Part shown: positions 56,097 to 64,000 of the stretch, one piece after another
Layout: every line of letters begins with the position of its first letter
Numbering within the stretch: the stretch's first letter is position 1
Source: the human T2T-CHM13v2.0 reference genome, Homo sapiens
Length of the DNA: 64,000 bases
Direction: 5' to 3' (one strand)
Assembly (NCBI RefSeq): GCF_009914755.1
Contig: NC_060926.1
Notes under the pieces: generated by a model
Seen by the model: the letters and a program-made list of their open reading frames with translations, nothing else
Told to the model about the DNA's origin: nothing
The model's database searches: none
Program-made: the position numbers and the translations under genes

Positions 56097-56203
56097 GTGG
56101 TATGCTTAATAACGCCATAGCCTCTATAAGGAACATATGTATTAGTCGGCTGGCAGGAATTGTTTTGGGAATTTTTGTTCAATATTTTCCAAGTGAAGAC
56201 CAG
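56097..56203 (+). pseudogene. SLC9B1: SLC9B1-like exon E (about exon 8), open
   Basis: ctacag|GMLNNAIASIRNICISRLAGIVLGIFVQYFPSEDQ|gtaaat. Confidence 0.95.
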
Positions 56204-57045
56204 GTAAATACAAAATATATTTTATAGAAGTATAGTATTAGACATTGTTATCAAAATATTAAACTTTGGTAAGATCCATGAAATTTAATAGTTAACTCTA
56301 TTTTTCTAAAACTAGCCTCCAATGCCTACTCTGTATTTAAAACTGAGCACAGCAGTGATTGATACAGGTCAATGGCTTTGATTAAAGTCTCTGCTTCCTG
56401 ATTTGGCAAATAAGGAATGTCAAAAAATATACTTAATGCAGAGTATCCCTCTGAATTATACTTTCCCTTTCTCTACTAAATTGCCTATAGATGTTTGATA
56501 ATTTCCCCCAAATTTTCCCTTAAACATTTTAGGGGGAGATAGGTTCCCATTTATTTCTGCATATTTTCTGACTGAAATTCACTCCTGCTATCCTTTGACA
56601 AAGGCAACACTCAAACTTAGCCGTTTCCTGCCTTAAAGAAAAACATGCCATTACTTTTGTATTTCTATAATTTCCATCCAAATTTAGCTGTAACATATTC
56701 ACCAAAGAGATATTCAAATATTTTTTAAGGATTCATTGGATATGTTATATAAAACTGGAGATTTTATGGGTCTCTTTTCTTCTTCACTTAAAGTAATACT
56801 TTAACCATTTTACTGATACTAGTATCAGAGATGTGGAAGAAGATGAAACGTTACTAATTGGAAATTTTGTTACTTGGTAGTAAGTCTGCTAAAGTGTATG
56901 GTGAGAAAGAAAATCAAAATTTTACACATTTAATATAACATTTAAAGACATAATATCAAAGGGTCAAACATATATAATAGATAATGTCAAATCTTGTATT
57001 ATATATTTAATATAAACTAATTTCTAAATATCTATCTAATTCTAG

Positions 57046-57195
57046 AAAAAACTTACATTGAAGAGAGGATTCCTTGTTTTGACTACGTGTGTTTCTGCTG
57101 TCTTAGGCAGCCAATGTATTGGTTTACATGGATCTGGAGGATTATGCACACTAGTGTTGAGTTTCATTGCAGGGACAAAATGGTCCCAAGAAAAG
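57046..57195 (+). pseudogene. SLC9B1: SLC9B1-like exon F (about exon 9), open
   Basis: tctag|KKLTLKRGFLVLTTCVSAVLGSQCIGLHGSGGLCTLVLSFIAGTKWSQEK|gtgaat. Confidence 0.95.
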
Positions 57196-57487
57196 GTGAA
57201 TATTTTTAATATGCTATATTTCAAAAGCTAAGACAACTGAATTTTTTACCTATATTTAGGAAATCCCATCATTCTGGTTGGAAAATATTCCAAAAGTTTT
57301 GCTATCCTCAAGAAAGTGTATGAATCACTCGAGGAAATAAAATATTTAGGAAAAGCAGCTGGAAATATACTAACATGGAATCAGAACTTGAGTTAATCAC
57401 ATCAAGCTTCTCTTTTTCCAAAGTTTTATATAATATTATTATATACTTATATGAATCTAATTAATTTATTCATTGAAATTTTAATTA

Positions 57488-57838
<351 letters not shown>

Positions 57839-58037
57839 TTAATAAAAATAGAAATGCTTGTAAAATAACAAAACATATAGAATAAAATGTAAAAGATTTC
57901 TTTATTCCCCACCACTGTCAAATATCTAACCCCCTTACATTTTTTTAAGTAACCAGTATTCTATTTATAGACATTAAGATCGTTTCCACTTTTTGTTATT
58001 TACAAACAGTGCTGTCATAAACAGTGTTGTTCATGTC

Positions 58038-59673
<1,636 letters not shown>

Positions 59674-59702
59674 TACATCTGTAGGAATAGTCCTAGAAAT
59701 GA

Positions 59703-59832
59703 TTTTTTTTTTTTTTAACAGAGTCTCTGTCTATGTTGCCCAGGCTGGTCTCAAAATCCTGAGCTCAAGGGATCCTACCAACTTGACACTGCAAAGTGCT
59801 AGGATTACAAGCATGAGCTACCACACCTGGCT
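59703..59832 (-). mobile_element. FLAM-like Alu monomer
   Basis: Single left arm with a T tail. Confidence 0.82.
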
Positions 59833-59849
59833 GGAAATGATCTGTGTTT

Positions 59850-61015
59850 TATTTTGATGGACATTGCTAAATTATCCCTTCAAAAATTTTGGTTATTTAC
59901 ACTCTGCCAACAGTGCACAAAAATATCTAATACCTTAACTCATCAACAGCACTTGATACTAACACTAGTTCTATTCTTTTTACTATTAAATGACCTCACC
60001 ATCCAATTCTTATAGTTTCTTACAATTATGTGATGTTGTTATTCTTTATTTACATTTCTCTGATTAGTAGTATAGTAAGCTTCTCTTCATATATTCTTTT
60101 TAAAATACCTATGATCTTCTTTGACCATTTTTATTGGGTTATTTATTTTTTTGTTTCCAATTTATAGTTTCTCTTAGTGATAGGGCTACTGATCCTTTGT
60201 TATGTATATATTGCATATAATTTTTGCTTATCTTCAACTTTGTTTATGGTGTCTGGTGTATGAAAGTAAAATTTCCTATGACCAAACCTATTGGGTTTTC
60301 CTTTTTTGGTTTTGGATTCTGCATCTCATTTAAGAAGGACTTTCTCACTGAATATTATAATATATAAACATCACAAAGATATACTATTTTGTGTATTATC
60401 ATTTAATATTTTGGTAGTTTTTGTTTGTTTAATTTGTTTTTTCATTTAGTCTTTTAATCTATCTGGAATTTATCTTTGTGAATGCTGTGAGGTAAGGTTA
60501 TACATATATACATATGTGTATCTTACAAACTATATATATATATACACACACACATACAGTTTGTAAGTTAACTGAACAGAGATAGAACTACATCATGCCT
60601 GATGTGTGTGTGTGTGTGTATATATATATACACACACATAAATATATATACATATTCAGACACACATATATACTTGCATGTGATGAATATGTACATACAG
60701 ATATATGCACGTAAGCTAGACAGTCATTTTTTGCCAAATTGTTTATTTATTGACCAATTCATTAATAATTCAGTTTTTTAACATGAACTAAATTCTCCCA
60801 TATATATTAATTCTGAAGTCTATTTAATCTCTATTTCTATGCCAACACCACTGTTTTAAATCACTGCAGTTTTCTGTGTCAAAATCTAATATAGATTATA
60901 CTTCTTTTTAAAGTATTTTTTGGCTGTTACTACACATATTCTTTCTTAGATAAATTTTAGAATCAGCTTGAGATGTTCCCTAATCAAAAATCATACTGGC
61001 ATTTTGCTTAGTATT
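59850..61015 (-). mobile_element. Ancient L1 fragments with a TA/CA/TG low-complexity tract (60500-60710)
   Basis: aatctatctggaatttatctttgtgaatgctgtgaggtaagg; taaattttagaatcagcttg. Confidence 0.65.
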
Positions 61016-61984
61016 CTTATATAATCATAATTATAAAAGACATGAAATGAATGAAATGCAAATTAATAAATAAAATTAAAACTGCTAGAATTTTTTAAAT
61101 GGTAAAAGAAACAGAACTAAAACAAGTTTTAAAGATTAAAAGTAACAAATAGGATAATTATGCTGTAAAGAGTAGTAACATAGTTTTTCTTTGTTTTTCT
61201 TTTTTTAAACTATAATAAGTGGGGATCAGAAAACACAGTCATAAGGGAAATAATTATGAAGATAGTTTATGCCTCAAGGAAGAGACATCAAAGTTCTTAT
61301 GTATCTTCTGTTTAAAAAAAGAAATTAAACCCAGACTGAGACTGAAATCTCTTCATCCAAATTCCTGGAGAAGAGCCAGAGTAATGTAGGCCAATAGGGG
61401 CCTTTCCTGTAACCTTTTAATTGGGGAAGTAGCACTGGGAGGCATTCGTTTCCAGAAAGGGAAGCTGGGTAGGCAGCTAAATGAGAATCTAATATATGTT
61501 TTGGTTTTGTTTTAAGGAAAAAGTAACTTCAAAGTATTCAACATGGGTTCTTTGGAAGCAGGCCTAGCAGACTTCCAGATTGTTTTTCCTAGTAGTATAT
61601 GCTATATATATCAGGATTCACTTTAATGGGATTGAGTTCCAGGATGGTTGTTAGTGGAAGGCTTCCCAACCTCCTTCTGAGAACCCAAATGTTTGCATGA
61701 ACTGGGTATGTTCTCATCAGGCATGATGTAGTTCTATCTCTGTTCAGTTAACTTAGAGACAAAATCTGGAACTCATACAAAACATGGCTAGAACCCTAAG
61801 GACATCACTTATTCTGTGACAAAATGGCCAAATAGTATTATTTTATTGCTTTGTGAGTTTCTTTTAATCAAATTCTACCTAAGTGTTTGAGTAAAACTAT
61901 TGAAGTGTTCAGTTTTTATTAATTAAGTTTAACATTTTTATTAAAATAAAGTGTCTTAAATTTATTAAATGTTAAGAGACTTTA

Positions 61985-62284
61985 GGCCAGGCATGGTGGC
62001 TCATGTCTATAATGCCAGTGCTTTGGGAGGCCACAGCCAGAGACCACTTGAAGACAGGAGTTCTGGACCATCCTGGGCAATATAGCGAGACCTCATCTCT
62101 ATAACAATTTAAAAATTAGCCCAGCATGGTGGTACACACCTGTAGTTCTACTTGGGAGACTGTGAGAGGATCACTTGAGCCCAGGAGTTCAAGGCTACGG
62201 TGAGCTAAGATTATGCCACTACACTCCAGCCTGGGCAACAGAGCAAGACCCCATCTCTAAAATACTTAAAAAGTGAAAAAAAAA
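61985..62284 (+). mobile_element. Alu (J-like)
   Basis: Dimer. Confidence 0.9.
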
Positions 62285-62358
62285 GGTGAGGAGACTTTAA
62301 CTTTCTGAAATATATTTATGTGCCAAAATAAGTATAAATGTATTTCTCTTTTCTATAG

Positions 62359-62467
62359 ATGAAAGTCCGAAAGATTATTACAAATGTATGGGATATTTTT
62401 CAACCACCTCTTTTTGGTTTAGTTGGAGCAGAAGTATCTGTTTCATCGCTTGAATCAAATATTGTTG
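62359..62467 (+). pseudogene. SLC9B1: SLC9B1-like exon G (about exon 10), open
   Basis: ctatag|MKVRKIITNVWDIFQPPLFGLVGAEVSVSSLESNIV|gtaaga. Confidence 0.95.
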
Positions 62468-62774
62468 GTAAGAATGATTAGAGCACAAAAAATATGAAAT
62501 TCAAAAATATTTAAGAAAATTATAAATACATTTATTTTTATTTACAATATATCTTTGAATGGCTATAAGGACCTTCTTCAGAAACACATGTTGATACAGT
62601 GTCATATTTTCATATTGCTCTTCCTTTACACTGTGTGCTCTTTTTTCTTTTAAACCAAGGACAGCCCTGAATATCTTCCCTGAGTTATCTAAGGAAATAA
62701 ATATAAGATTTCTTTCCTGAGGGAACATATTTGATACCATCAGCACTTTTTGAGTACTTTCATTTAAAACTATT

Positions 62775-63071
<297 letters not shown>

Positions 63072-63338
63072 TCAAAAAAAAGTCTATTAGTTCAGAATTG
63101 TATAAATGTCATCTGTCTTATTTTTCATGGTACCTCCACCATCAGATACTGTCTTGCACTTTACAGAGAATCCTCCATCATATTCATTTTTTATTATCAT
63201 TGTTTTATGTAAAAATTAAACACATGAAGAGACAACAGCCTTAAAATGCTTTCAAAATTTTAGAAATCATATTCCTGGGCATAAAGAACACTTCTTCACA
63301 AATATTTTGTTATTTATGTTTGTTTTCATCTGCTGTAG

Positions 63339-63475
63339 GCATATCTGTTGCCACTCTCAGTTTGGCATTATGTGTTTGAATTTTAACCGCATATCTATTG
63401 ATGTGCTTTGCTGGTTTTAGTTTTAAGGAGAAAATATTTATTGCTTTAGCATGGATGCCCTAAGCTACAGTACAG
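63339..63475 (+). pseudogene. SLC9B1: SLC9B1-like exon H (about exon 11), stops at 63377 and 63461
   Basis: tgtag|ISVATLSLALCV*ILTAYLLMCFAGFSFKEKIFIALAWMP*ATVQ|gtaaaa. Confidence 0.95.
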
Positions 63476-63621
63476 GTAAAAACATATTAAGCCTATTGCT
63501 TAATGCTTTCATTTAGATGCTTTTAAAATTTAAAATGAAAAATGTTACTCCAATCACAAAATATGAGCTATTATCCTTACTTTTTAAATGTTTGATTGAT
63601 CATAACTATTCATTAAAATTA

Positions 63622-63985
<364 letters not shown>

Positions 63986-64000
63986 GATTTTTTTTTTTTT

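Overview
Primate (hominoid, probably human) repeat-rich DNA that reads as a pericentromeric-type segmental-duplication mosaic. No intact protein-coding gene is present. Three unrelated gene remnants lie head-to-tail on the + strand: (1) an intronless, CpG-rich NKAIN1 retropseudogene (1043-1627 plus 3'UTR-like sequence); (2) one open 378-bp exon encoding the first Ig-V domain of IGSF3 (14773-15150); (3) eight exons of an unprocessed SLC9B1/NHA1 Na+/H+ antiporter copy (18194-63475), which lacks its 5' exons and has three stops and one dead acceptor. The IGSF3 donor and the first SLC9B1 acceptor are phase-compatible, and an intronic ATG supplies a signal-peptide-like leader, so the junction could encode an Ig-V/transmembrane chimera. 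This is inference only: there is no expression evidence. The rest is Alu, L1, MIR, LTR and DNA-transposon sequence plus one SVA. Notable structures include an 8.8-kb composite L1 with a 3' transduction inside a single TSD, an ERVL-LTR/MaLR-internal chimera, a 113-bp templated insertion and a 28-bp alternating purine/pyrimidine VNTR. Gene and repeat names come from recalled sequences, not database searches. Repeat boundaries are approximate unless a TSD or TIR is quoted.
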